Source of the DNA: a virus
Taxonomy: Duplodnaviria; Caudoviricetes
Virus record (IMG/VR): IMGVR_UViG_3300031184_000001
Span: 1-61,476 of that record
Length of the DNA stretch: 61,476 nucleotides
Reading direction: 5' to 3' (one strand)
Each line of letters starts with the position of its first letter. The first letter of the stretch is position 1. Made by a program: the position numbers and the translations under genes. Under the pieces are notes generated by a model, which did no database searches, was not told where the DNA came from, and worked only from the letters and a program-made list of their open reading frames with translations. Of the stretch, positions 17,208 through 27,728 are shown piece by piece.

Positions 17208-18656
17208 ATGGACGTGAAGCGAATTGGCAGGTTGCTCCTGGCGTTCGGGCTGGCAGGCGTCGCGGCGTTCGCCGCCTGGTCGTACGTCACGATGCCGTAC
17301 ACGCTCGTGACGACCACATCGACATCGACGCGCGCCCAGCCGGACGGTGCGGGGGTGTTCGCGCTCGCCTTCATCTTCGCTGCTTTGGCGATCGTCGCGG
17401 CGTTCTCGGGGGATTGGGAATGACCGCCTCTCCCCGCGCGACCGACGACGGGCCCGATGGGGTGCTGGCCGCCGAGTTGAATCGCGAGTCGCCGCTGGTC
17501 GATCTGTTCCGCCAGATCCGCGAGGTGTTCGCTGTCGAGACGCCGTGTCCGGGCGATCACAGCCGGGATGGTCGGTTCATCGACCGTGACGACATCTTCG
17601 ATGAGTTGATGACGAAGCACGGTCTGCCGGACGACTGGAATCACGAGCGTCTGTACCGGGAGAACACCGATCTCTGGCGGAAGATCTACGACGAGATGGA
17701 CGCGGTCTGGGTCAAACGTAGCGAGTGCAAATTGACCATCCCCGTGTACGAAGAGTGGGATGGCGACGGCGAATACCGCTCCTGGTGCTACCCGGTGGCC
17801 GATGGTCCGTGCGCTGATGCGCTGTCGCTAAATGAGAACGAGTGGCAGGGCGAGTTCTGGGCCGCGCACTTCACGCAGGAGCGGCTCAGGAAGGATGTCG
17901 AGAAGATCCTGACCGGCCAGGAGGCGTTGACGCTCGACGCCGCCACGGCGCCCGACTGCGCCGGGGATGGGGGCTGACGATGGCCACGATGCTGGACAGG
18001 TTCTTGTGGAATGAGCCGCGACCTGCGCGGGCTGGGGAGATCTGCGAGCGGTGCGGGAAGGCGCCACGGTCCGTCGAGGTGCTCGATGGCAAGGTGTACG
18101 ACCCCGACTGTGCTCGCGCCGTGGAGCGCGATCGTCGCGAGGGGCGCTCCTGATGCCGTGTTCGCACTGGCGGCCTCTGGTCTTTCGCTCCTGGTGGCGA
18201 GCGTTGCTCGATGCGGTGTTCGGGTGGGGGTGAGTGTGGGTGACATGCGGGTGCAGATCGGCGTTCGGGACGCCTGCCCAAAGTGCGACACCAAGCCGGT
18301 GGAGACGGCTTACTGCACCGGTGGGTGGTGGTGGCAACGGGTCGGAGGATGCCCTTGCGGCGGGCGCCCGGTGCCTAACGGCATGTTCGATGTCGCGGAG
18401 CACCTGTCGATGCGGTGCACATGGTGCGGTTACCGCTGGTGGCGACACACGACTGACCGGGCGGCCCTGCGCTGCCGCGTCGAGACGGGGGAGCACGATG
18501 GATGAGCGGCCACAGGCTGCACACATCCGCGCCGTGAAGGCGTCGGTCGCACACGAATCGACTCACGCGCTGGGGTGGAAGATCCCGTGCGAGCCGTGTC
18601 GGGATCTGCGGGAGACGGAAGACCGCGCTCTCGACGCGTGCAGGGGTAGCCGCTAG
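17208..18656 (+). other. Small hypothetical genes (2-TM protein 17208-17423; 17420-17977; CxxC proteins at 17980 and 18246; 18498-18656)
   Basis: Abutting ORFs with phage-like codon usage. Confidence 0.6.
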
Positions 18657-19264
18657 TGGCCAGGGCGCGCGGCGACGGGATGCGGGCTGTACGGCCCGTA
18701 CGGGCACGACAGACGGTCGATAGTCGAAAAACGACTGTAGACACGCCTACGCCGATTCAGACGGGCTCTCGTCAATCCTCTGGTCGATGGGAGCTTTGGT
18801 TCCCCGCGCGCCTGGGGCCGCCACGGAAAGCTACGGTGACGATCGCCGGCCAGAAGATCAAGACGAAGCGGCAGCGCTTGGAGCTTCCGCCGACGAAGAA
18901 CACGCGGGACGGGAACGAGTTCACCCACAACGGCTGGGTTCAGGAGTGGCGAACGGCAGCCAAAGAGGCAGCCAGTATGGCGCATCGGATCCCACCGCTC
19001 GGGCGCATCCGCATCTCAGCAGTGGTTTACCGATCGCGGATCGGGATCGCCGACGCGGAGAACGATCATGCACGGCTCGCACCGCTTCAGGATGGGATCG
19101 TGGACGCCGGCGTCATCCCGAAGGACACGTATCGCTTCTGTGAGCGCGGCGATGTTCGGGAAGAACGGGCCGGCGCCGATGGCCCTGGCGTGCTGCTGAT
19201 CGTAGAGGCGTTGAGCCCGCCCACCGCAGCGCGGGCCACGGACGGGGCGGGGGAGGAAAGTTGA
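18656..19264 (+). CDS. RusA-like Holliday junction resolvase
   Basis: RIRISAVVYR...DAEND...LQDGIVDAGVIPKDT acidic triad; start uncertain. Confidence 0.65.
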   Translation: MARARGDGMRAVRPVRARQTVDSRKTTVDTPTPIQTGSRQSSGRWELWFPARLGPPRKATVTIAGQKIKTKRQRLELPPTKNTRDGNEFTHNGWVQEWRTAAKEAASMAHRIPPLGRIRISAVVYRSRIGIADAENDHARLAPLQDGIVDAGVIPKDTYRFCERGDVREERAGADGPGVLLIVEALSPPTAARATDGAGEES

Positions 19265-21001
19265 TGCGGTGTTTCTTCTGTGTGATGCGTGAGGAGCCCG
19301 TGTCGGAGGGTAAGTACGCTCTTGACCCCGCCGACTTGTGTCCGAGGCATCTGGAGATGTCGGGTATCCCTGCCTATGAGCGGTCGCATCCTGACGGAGT
19401 CTGCACTGAGACGTGTGGATGCATGACGCTGGATGCTCTGATTGCCGTCAAACTCAGGCGCCTGGTCCTGCTCACTCACGCCGATGGCGCCTGAGTTTGA
19501 CGAGCCGCTTGGTGAGCCAGCAACGCATGAGATGCTCGCTGCCTCGTTCCGCGCACGAAGGCAGTTCAACGTGACGCTCTACGACACCATGGCCCCGGTC
19601 ATCGTGCAGCGTCGGGACAACTGGTCACGGGAGACGGTCCGCTCGCTTCGGCGGAAGGTCAGGAACCTCAAGGCCGAGTTGTCGAGACAGGCGATGGGGA
19701 CCCCTTACGGGCAGGGGCGTCTCGGGAAATGGCGCCAACAGGCCGTCGTCGCCCTGGCTCGTGTGACCCGCCTGGAGGCCGCGACGATACGTCAGGCCGA
19801 AGAGTTGGCGTGGTACCGGCATCGATTGGAGACGATTGCCGATCTTGCAAGCATGCATCTTGAGCAGCCGGACCGGTGGGGAGGCCTCACACACGGGTTG
19901 CTGGGGATACGTGATATGGCCCGACACACCCTGGAGCAGCCGCTGTTTCCGCTGAAGAAACTGCCGGCCACGGTGATCGAGCACGCCGCCCAGGGCCCAG
20001 GGGAGGGGTGAGATGGCTGAGATGGTTGCCTGCCGATTCTGTGACGGGAAGGGGCAAGTGTCGGCCGACGCCTGTGAAGAGATTGTGAACGGTCGCCCCT
20101 GTCGCAATCGGATCGTCAACGATCCGTCGTACTTCGAGCTGTTCCCTGAGCGAAGGCACTTACGCTCGTTCTGCGGCATGCATCGGAATGCTCGGGCGAG
20201 GGCGGAATTCCCATTGCAAGAGTCACAGTCATGACCGGCGCCCCACGCCCGCTCTCCGACGAGCCATACATGGAGCACAAAGAGTCGCAGGAGATGCCTG
20301 GCTGGTGTGGCTGTTGCTTCACCCGCTGGCCGTGTTCGTTCGCAGAGATGGCTGAGGAAGTGGACCGCCTATCAGCCGCGCTGGAGGCGGTGACTGGGGA
20401 GCGGGACCAGTGGAAGGCGGCCTACTTTGCCGAGACTGAGGGCGTGCTGATCGACCCCGTTGCCACGCTCGTGAAGGAAGGCGTCAGGCTCAAGCAGGAG
20501 CTCGCCGGGGCGCGGGAGGCGCTGGAGACGTTCGCCGATCTTGCCCAACTCGTGTTCGACCGCATCACAAACGGCGTGACCAACAACGAGCGATACCTGA
20601 TGAAGGACGCGGCTAGGATCGCGATGGACCAGTACCGGGCACTGGCGCCGGCAGCCGATGCGCCGGGGGCGGGGGATGGGAGGTGAGTCAGAACACGATG
20701 CGCGTCTGCCAGTCGTGCCGAGCCCCGGTCGTGGCCATCGACCACGGCCGTCCGTACCCGCTGGCCGGCGTCGTCGTGCTCTGCTTCGAGCCGATGAAGG
20801 TACAGTGCCACTGCGGCGCAGTGAGCGAGTGGAAGCAGGAGGTGGTCGGTGGCAGACGAGGATGACCATGATGAGCTTACGGATGAAGAGGCCTTGGAGT
20901 TGACGGTGGAGCACATCGAGGAGCGTCGCGACCAGCTTGCACGGTCGCTCGCTGAGCGGCTCGGACTCGATCTGCGGCGCGATGGTGACAGGTCGTCCTG
21001 A
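19261..21001 (+). other. Small hypothetical genes, including a Com-like Zn ribbon at 20683-20865 and an acidic 50-aa ORF at 20849-21001
   Basis: Coupled ORFs 19261, 19484, 20013, 20231, 20683, 20849. Confidence 0.6.
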
Positions 21002-21004
21002 CTC

Positions 21005-21108
21005 TGGTACACTGACGCCAAGCGAATAGCGCTGCCTGGGGTACCGGGCGCGCAGTGTGACCGATGGGATAGCCGTCGTGGCCCGAAAGGGGCTGCGGCG
21101 GCTTTTCT
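21005..21108 (+). promoter_or_regulatory. Late promoter with structured leader and terminator-like hairpin
   Basis: TGgTACACT, hairpin at about 21029-21055, GAAA-capped stem 21071-21103 plus TTTCT. Confidence 0.6.
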
Positions 21109-21128
21109 GCGTTTCTGGAGGTCTCACC

Positions 21129-21182
21129 GTGGCGATGTGCAAGAAGTGCGGCAAGAACCACTCTGGCAAGTGCGGGAAGTAG
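21129..21182 (+). CDS. 17-aa Cys/Lys micro-peptide MAMCKKCGKNHSGKCGK
   Basis: GGAGG RBS, GTG start, CxxC-H-C pattern. Confidence 0.5.
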   Translation: MAMCKKCGKNHSGKCGK

Positions 21183-21223
21183 CGCCGATCTTGATTCGGC
21201 CGGAATTCAAGTAGGGATTCAAG

Positions 21224-21565
21224 TTGGCGGCGAACGGACATGGCGGGGCGCGCGGTGGGGCTGGGCGGAAGCCCGGTGAGTTGAAGTCGCTGCTCGACAC
21301 GCCGATCCGCGAGGCTGAGAAGCGGATCGTTGATCGCCTCCCTCACCTACTGGCGAACCTGTTCGTCCTGGCCGATGGCGTGATGGTCGAGGGCGACATC
21401 CCTGGCGAGGACGGAGAGCCCTCCGTGTACAGAAAGCCCCCCGACCGCCAGGCAAACGAGTACCTCATCAACCGCGTGATGGGTAAGCCGACCGAGAAGA
21501 CCGAGGCCGATGTGCAGGTGTCTGGCGGCGTGACGATCTACCTCCCTGATCGGAAGGTCGGTTGA
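21224..21565 (+). CDS. Terminase small subunit
   Basis: GHGGARGGAGRKP N-terminus, ANEYLINRVMGKP; directly upstream of TerL. Confidence 0.75.
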   Translation: MAANGHGGARGGAGRKPGELKSLLDTPIREAEKRIVDRLPHLLANLFVLADGVMVEGDIPGEDGEPSVYRKPPDRQANEYLINRVMGKPTEKTEADVQVSGGVTIYLPDRKVG

Positions 21566-23025
21566 TGGCTGTCGCATCGGCGCCGCCACGCCTCGTCTAT
21601 CGCCCCCAATCGAAGCAGGAGCCGTGGCACGCTTGCCCTGCTTTCGAGTCCGGCTTCGGCGGCACCAAAGGCCCTGGTAAGACGCTGGCGATGCTGATGG
21701 AAGCCACGCGCGGCGTTGGGCACTCGCGCTACCGGGCGATCATCTTCCGCCGCACGTACAAGCGCCTCCAGGAAGTCATGGACCGGGCCTGGGAGTGGTT
21801 CCCGCCGCTGGGAGCCAAGTGGAACGGCGACCACGCCCGATGGACGTTCCCGTCCGGTGCGATGATCTCGATGCGCCACTGCGAGAACGAAGAGGACAAG
21901 CGGATCTACCACGGCCATGAGTATCACTTCATGGCGTTCGATCAGCTCGAAGAGTTCTCCGAGACGCAGTACACGTTCCTGATGGCGCAGTGTCGGTCGT
22001 CGGTGCCCGAGATCAAACCATACCTGCGTACCACGTTCAACCCAGGCGGCATCGGCCACGCCTGGGTCAAAGAGCGGTTCCTGTCGCGCGGTACCCGAGA
22101 CTGCGCGCCGTGGACACCACGGAACGAGCAGGGCGACCCGCTGCCGACGCGCTGCTTCCACTTCTCGAACATCTACGACAACCAGATTCTGCTTGACGCC
22201 GACCCGCAGTACATGATGGTGCTCAACAGCTTACCGGAGCAGGATCGGCGAGCACTGCGTGACGGTGACTGGGACGTGTTCGCCGGCCAGGTGCTCACCG
22301 AGTGGCGCCGCGAGAAGCACGTCATTGATCCGATCCCGCTTGACAAGGACTGGCAGCGGGTACGGATGACGGACTACGGCTCTGCTCGGCCGTTCGTCAC
22401 GCTATGGGCCGCGCTCGACAAGAGCGTGCCCCGGGTCTACATCTACCGCGAGATCAGCCAGCCCGGCCTGCTTGCCTCGCAGCAAGCGCAGGCTGTGGTC
22501 AGTCTGACGGGCGAGGACGAGAAGATCAGGCTGCATGTTGCGGACCCTGCTATGTGGATCAAGTCGCCTGACTCTGGCAAGTCGATCGCGCAGATCTACT
22601 TCGAGAACGGCGTCACGCTCACGCACGCCAACAACGATCGCCTGAACGGGCTGGCCCGAGTTCGTGAGTACCTGAAAGATGCGCCGGACGGTCGTCCGCA
22701 TCTCCAGGTGTTCTCGTCGTGCATCCAGCTCATCAAGAACCTGCCATCCCTGGTCTACGACGCTCACAAGGTTGAGGACGTCGATACGGATGGCCCGGAT
22801 GACGAGTACGACGCGCTCCGCTACGGCCTGATGGCGATGGAGTCGATCCCAGACTTCTCGGCGCTCGCCACATCTATGCCCCTCGGCTTTAGCACTGGTG
22901 CGACGAACGGCCGGCCGACGCAGCCGACACCCGTGCCCGACTTCACCGGCCTGAACGGTAAGAGCGATAAGGATGCCCGGCTCGCTGCGCTGTTCGGCGA
23001 GTGGCAGTCGACGGGGGTGCGGTGA
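21565..23025 (+). CDS. Terminase large subunit
   Basis: FGGTKGPGKT Walker A, MAFDQLEEF Walker B, TFNPGG, DYG and DDEYDALRY nuclease motifs. Confidence 0.95.
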   Translation: MAVASAPPRLVYRPQSKQEPWHACPAFESGFGGTKGPGKTLAMLMEATRGVGHSRYRAIIFRRTYKRLQEVMDRAWEWFPPLGAKWNGDHARWTFPSGAMISMRHCENEEDKRIYHGHEYHFMAFDQLEEFSETQYTFLMAQCRSSVPEIKPYLRTTFNPGGIGHAWVKERFLSRGTRDCAPWTPRNEQGDPLPTRCFHFSNIYDNQILLDADPQYMMVLNSLPEQDRRALRDGDWDVFAGQVLTEWRREKHVIDPIPLDKDWQRVRMTDYGSARPFVTLWAALDKSVPRVYIYREISQPGLLASQQAQAVVSLTGEDEKIRLHVADPAMWIKSPDSGKSIAQIYFENGVTLTHANNDRLNGLARVREYLKDAPDGRPHLQVFSSCIQLIKNLPSLVYDAHKVEDVDTDGPDDEYDALRYGLMAMESIPDFSALATSMPLGFSTGATNGRPTQPTPVPDFTGLNGKSDKDARLAALFGEWQSTGVR

Positions 23026-24086
23026 TGTACGACCAGATCCACCGCCTGCTGGCTGAGGTGCGTCCTATCGCGGCGCGGACCCGCACATCGGTGAATACGT
23101 GGTTTGAACACTATGACCGGCAATCTGGGGTGGTGAGCCTTCGTTTACAGGCGCGCTTCCACTGCGAGAGCGGGCGCCGGGAGTATGCAACTGACCCGCG
23201 CTGTCGGCGAGTTCCTGGTCGTCTCGACGATGCTCCGGATCGAATACTAGTGGCGTTGCAAGCGCACGAACAGGCTCACGAAGCCTGGGCAGTATCCGCC
23301 TCGGGGTTCGTCTGCCTACTGTGTGATCGCCCCGATATCCACATGCATGCGGTGCCCGTAGGACAGAGGCCGTCGTGGTGATGCCGACGCCCGAAGAGAT
23401 TAGGAAGCGACTCGCGCTGGCCGAGAGCGACGCCTGGGCCGGGGACACCTCCTGGATCGCGGAGTTGTTCGGCGTCCTCAATGCCGTACTCCCGGACCTT
23501 GTCGCGCCGCCACCTACGGGACTTCCGCCGACCGATTGGGCGAGGTGGACCTGTGACCGATGCGGCACCAGCGCCATGTTCTCGAAGAAGGGCGCCACTC
23601 CAGCGCAGCAACTGGCCGAGGATGCGCTGGTCTCTCATCTTGCCCAGCACGGGGTCAGGTAGATGCGACCACCGCCGAAGATGACGATCCCCCACGCGGG
23701 CGAGATGACGTATGTCGTATTCCCGCGCTTCGCTCGTGAGATGAACGAGGTTACTACGTGGATAGCTGAAACTGTCGCGATGGCTCAGGACGCCGAGTTG
23801 ATGAAGCCCGAGACGTGGGACTTCGAGAACGCCGAGCGGCATGCGCCGGCGCAGCGGGACAACCCGATGGGACTGTGCGGCCAACTGTGGGGGCCAAAAG
23901 CCTGCCCCGACTGCACCCCTGAACAACCTTGCCAAAGAGTCAGGCGGTTGACGGGTGCGTAGGCGCGACGTGGTGAACTACTGGGCGTGGTTCTTCAACT
24001 ACCGCGCTGACGCCGAGCGACTGCGGCAGGTGTGGCGATCGGGACTGGTGACCTGGGACCAGTTCCTGGAGATCATGAGCGACTGA
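23025..24086 (+). other. Four small genes between terminase and portal (23025-23381, 23378-23662, 23663-23962, 23973-24086)
   Basis: Abutting ORFs, three with CxxC motifs. Confidence 0.65.
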
Positions 24087-24475
24087 TGGCTGGCATGAAT
24101 CGACGCAGCTTCCTGAAGGTGTTGGGCGGCACGGGCCTGTCGATCGTGGCCGCGCCGCTGTTCATCCCGTCCGAGCGGCTGGACTTCGGCGTGCCGCGCG
24201 GCCCCATCGCGCTGCCCACCGAGGAGGAAGTCGCCGAGATCCTGGCAGTCTCTGAACAGCCCCTCACCATTGGGACGTGGTCGTACACGGCGTTCGCGGT
24301 CGATACGGCATCGGCGGCCGACTTCATCCCCGAGATCTGGTCGAAGTACGCCAAGGGGATGGCCGGGCAGGATCTCGTTTTCTCGAAGCTGATGGCCAAG
24401 TCGAACATCCGAGATCTGATCTGGCACGGCGCATCGGTTCGGTTACCTGCGGTGTCGCGGAAGGCCCTCGCCTGA
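24086..24475 (+). CDS. Tat-signal protein carrying permuted major-capsid fragments
   Basis: MNRRSFLK plus h-region; LTIGTWSY and FIPEIWSKY...GASVRLPAVS match capsid residues about 87-101 and 9-61. Confidence 0.75.
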   Translation: MAGMNRRSFLKVLGGTGLSIVAAPLFIPSERLDFGVPRGPIALPTEEEVAEILAVSEQPLTIGTWSYTAFAVDTASAADFIPEIWSKYAKGMAGQDLVFSKLMAKSNIRDLIWHGASVRLPAVSRKALA

Positions 24476-24918
24476 TGGCCGAGTACGGGCAGGGCATGGT
24501 CAGGCCGGGCGCGTGGTCATTGGGCGGCACGCTGGTGCGCTCTTCGGAAGTACCGGCGCTGGTGGCAACGCCGGCATCTCCGAAGATCACTGATCCGTGT
24601 GATGAGCGGTATATCCCAGAAATCTGGTCGCGCCGCGCCATCGAGGCGCGAGAGCAACAGTTGCAGTGGCAACGTCTGACGGCCGCGACTGGAACGTACG
24701 CGCCGGTGGCCGTGCTGTACAGCACGAGTGGGTCGCCGCTCACCCCATCGTGGGGAGTGAGTACTCAGGGTGCGTCGTGTGTCTCTTGGGGGACCAGCAC
24801 GCACGCCGGGATGTGGGTTGCTCCGCTCCGCCAGACCGCTCCATTCTGCCAACTCTGTACCCGAGAAGGCGTCCATATCCACTCTGTGCCGAATACTGGC
24901 CGTCCGGGGAAGTGGTGA
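24475..24918 (+). CDS. Protein with a capsid N-arm motif and a CxxC/HxH tail
   Basis: YIPEIWSRRAIEAREQQL vs capsid YIPALWSKYVIRAREQRL; TGATG overlaps on both sides. Confidence 0.7.
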   Translation: MAEYGQGMVRPGAWSLGGTLVRSSEVPALVATPASPKITDPCDERYIPEIWSRRAIEAREQQLQWQRLTAATGTYAPVAVLYSTSGSPLTPSWGVSTQGASCVSWGTSTHAGMWVAPLRQTAPFCQLCTREGVHIHSVPNTGRPGKW

Positions 24919-27056
24919 TGGCTGAGTACACCAACCGCCACAACATCGTGGGCGAAGCGATCCCCGAGCTGTTCACGAAGCACAACGGCCGGTACACGGG
25001 CTCGCACGGTCGGATCTCCGATGCCCGCTCGCTCCTGATCGGCGAGATGAAGGCGCCTTTGCCGGACGTGCTGGCCAAGCGCGAGGACTGCGAGGCGTTC
25101 CGCGTCGACACTGCCCAGAAGTACACCAGCGTGATGCAGCTCCTGAACAAACTGGCCGGCACGGAAACCAAGGACGAGCCAGAGTTGAAGCGGCCGAAGC
25201 TCGGTACGTCCGACCTCCACGAGCGCAACTCGTCGCGCATCGAGCGGTTCAGCAACCCGTCCGTCTCGCGCTCGCTCTCGCATCGCGACCTGACCGAATT
25301 GGCACTGGTCGAGGCCGAAGGCTGCGCCATCGAGGTGCCTGAGGTGGCGCGCTTTGCGCGGGTGCCGGGCCACTACTACGAGGACGACAAGGCCGAGCGG
25401 ATCAAGCCGGAGTTCCGTCGCAACGCGCAGGGCCACGAGTACCAGGACGCGCTCGACACGGCGAAGGACGAGCAGGGCGACGACTTCGATGAAGAGAAGT
25501 TTGACGCGGACTTCGGCACCGACGAGAAGCAGAGTCGTCGAGCGTACGACCGCCACGTCAAGGCGCTCCGAGCCCGCAACTTCCCCTCTGACACGCAACT
25601 GCTGTCTCGTCTCCAGTACGTCCCGATCAACCCGCTCATCAAGGGCCCCGACGTCACGGTCGACGGGATCATTTCGCGGACGCGCATGGCTCCCTCTGAC
25701 GCGATGCGCCGCAACTACATCATCGACGGCCTACACGATCATCTGGAGCCGAAGGACACGACCGAAGGCGACATGGAGACCGGCGACCTCTGGCTGTACC
25801 AGGCGTGGCTGACCGACCAGGACGCGGACGGCAACCTGTACCCCTACGTGGCCTATTCACTCGCGGGCAAGCACACCCGCGTCGAGCGGCCGGGCTTCGA
25901 GGACGCGGCTGTCATCGACCTGTACAAGCAGTGCGGCCTCCGCACGCTGCCCGTCGTGCCGTTCTACGGCTGGCGCTGGTTCAGCACCGACCCGGATAAG
26001 CGGGCGATGCCGTACACGTTCCCGTTTGGGCGATCATGGCTTGCGGGCGACGCGTTCCTGACGGGCAAGGCGTACGCCGGCTGGTCCGAGGGCATGCTCG
26101 CCTGGTTCATGCAGATGCCAGACTCCGTTCGCGACACCGCCATGCAGCAGGCGTGGATGGAGTTCGTCAAGCAGAACCCGCTCACCATCGAGCCCTTCAA
26201 GATCACCCCAGTCTGGGGGACGATGATCCCGGCCCAACACCCAGGATCTGGCCGCGACGTCAACGAGATGATCGGGGCGCTCAACGGGTCGAACAGCCAG
26301 GATCTGGTCTCGCCGCTGGCCCGTGGTGGCGGTGACGCGGGCTCGGCGATCGAGCGCAGCGTGGTCTCGGCCGATACGCTGGCTGGGGTGTCCGACATCC
26401 GTCGATCGGTGCTCAACGTCTGGCGCCGGGTGGGGGAACTGAAGCTTGAGGTCTGCTGCGGGGTCTCCAGGAAGACCGGCAAGAACGTGGTGGTGCTCGG
26501 CAATCCCGAGACGCCATCGGACGGCGGCAGCGTCACCCGCGCGCTGATCGAATTGGACCCGCGTTGGCTCGGCCCCGAGGGCGAGGAGTCGTTCGACCTC
26601 GAAGCCTCCTATCCTCAGAATCTCGGCGACGACCTGGCTGCCAAGGCGCAGTTGTTCGGGTTCTGGGAGAAGGACGCCATCACGGACGAGGACTGGTGCC
26701 AGGCGATTGGGGTCAAAGACCCTGACCGCTACATGGCGCAATTGCTTTACCAGCGGTGGAAGAAGACGCCGCCTGCGCTCCAGATCATCATGAAGGACGC
26801 CGCCGAATACCTCGGGGACAAGGAATTGGTCGCGCTGTTCGGGGCGCAGCAGTCCGGCGCGGCCGGTCAGCAGGGCGAGCCGATCGGCATGACGGCCGGG
26901 CTGAATCCGCCGATGGGCGGGAGCTCGGACCCCGGCGCCCAGGCGGCCACGGGGATGCAGAACCCGGCCAACTCGCAGTACGCGGCCATCGCGGCGGCCG
27001 GGCGTCAGGCGTCAGTCGGCGGGTTGCAGCAGCCAGTGCAGGGAGCGCCGGTCTGA
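24918..27056 (+). CDS. Probable portal protein
   Basis: 712 aa, first large gene after TerL, IGVKDPD crown-like motif and Q/G-rich tail; positional call. Confidence 0.65.
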   Translation: MAEYTNRHNIVGEAIPELFTKHNGRYTGSHGRISDARSLLIGEMKAPLPDVLAKREDCEAFRVDTAQKYTSVMQLLNKLAGTETKDEPELKRPKLGTSDLHERNSSRIERFSNPSVSRSLSHRDLTELALVEAEGCAIEVPEVARFARVPGHYYEDDKAERIKPEFRRNAQGHEYQDALDTAKDEQGDDFDEEKFDADFGTDEKQSRRAYDRHVKALRARNFPSDTQLLSRLQYVPINPLIKGPDVTVDGIISRTRMAPSDAMRRNYIIDGLHDHLEPKDTTEGDMETGDLWLYQAWLTDQDADGNLYPYVAYSLAGKHTRVERPGFEDAAVIDLYKQCGLRTLPVVPFYGWRWFSTDPDKRAMPYTFPFGRSWLAGDAFLTGKAYAGWSEGMLAWFMQMPDSVRDTAMQQAWMEFVKQNPLTIEPFKITPVWGTMIPAQHPGSGRDVNEMIGALNGSNSQDLVSPLARGGGDAGSAIERSVVSADTLAGVSDIRRSVLNVWRRVGELKLEVCCGVSRKTGKNVVVLGNPETPSDGGSVTRALIELDPRWLGPEGEESFDLEASYPQNLGDDLAAKAQLFGFWEKDAITDEDWCQAIGVKDPDRYMAQLLYQRWKKTPPALQIIMKDAAEYLGDKELVALFGAQQSGAAGQQGEPIGMTAGLNPPMGGSSDPGAQAATGMQNPANSQYAAIAAAGRQASVGGLQQPVQGAPV

Positions 27057-27574
27057 TGCCTGACGCAGCCGCTCCGCGCGACATCATGGCCGAGACGATG
27101 GTCCAGGGTCGGAAGAGTCTGGTTCCGCACCTTGCCGAGATGCTGAAGCGTGACGCTATTGCTGAGGTGCCGCCTGACGAGGAGCGGCGACGATTCTGGG
27201 AGCGGGCTAAGACGCCAGCGCAAGAGGCCCAGATGTGGCAGCAGGAGATGCAGCAGCGCGGGCTTACGGAGCTCACGCCCGAGTTGGCGCTGGACATCGG
27301 CTTGAAGATCAGCCAGCAGGTCTATCCCGATCGCTGGGATATGTCCACGGGCGAGGGGCGCACCACGCAGGCGGACATTGCGAACTGGGCCATGAAGCAC
27401 ACCCGTGCTGGACCACCGAAAGCGATGCAGAAGGGGGAGCAGGATGTCACGCAAGCGGCGCGGGGCGAGCAGAGCTATCAAGGTGGCACGTCCGCCCCAG
27501 AACAAGACGGACAGCCCGTGGTATCGCAAGGCATGGGGCAGCCGGCCGGACTCCAAGCGCCGGCGGCAGGCTGA
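27056..27574 (+). CDS. Hypothetical virion-associated protein
   Basis: TGATG overlap with the portal. Confidence 0.65.
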   Translation: MPDAAAPRDIMAETMVQGRKSLVPHLAEMLKRDAIAEVPPDEERRRFWERAKTPAQEAQMWQQEMQQRGLTELTPELALDIGLKISQQVYPDRWDMSTGEGRTTQADIANWAMKHTRAGPPKAMQKGEQDVTQAARGEQSYQGGTSAPEQDGQPVVSQGMGQPAGLQAPAAG

Positions 27575-27728
27575 GGCGGCGTGATGATCGCGTGGCCGAT
27601 GTGCCCGAGTTGTCGCATGCTGCACCCGATCAAGATGGCCGGCGCTGAGCAGCAGTGGGGCATCCGGTGCATGTGCGGGTACGGCTTCGCGGTGACGCTG
27701 CGCGTGAACAGGAGAGGGGTGGTCGGCC

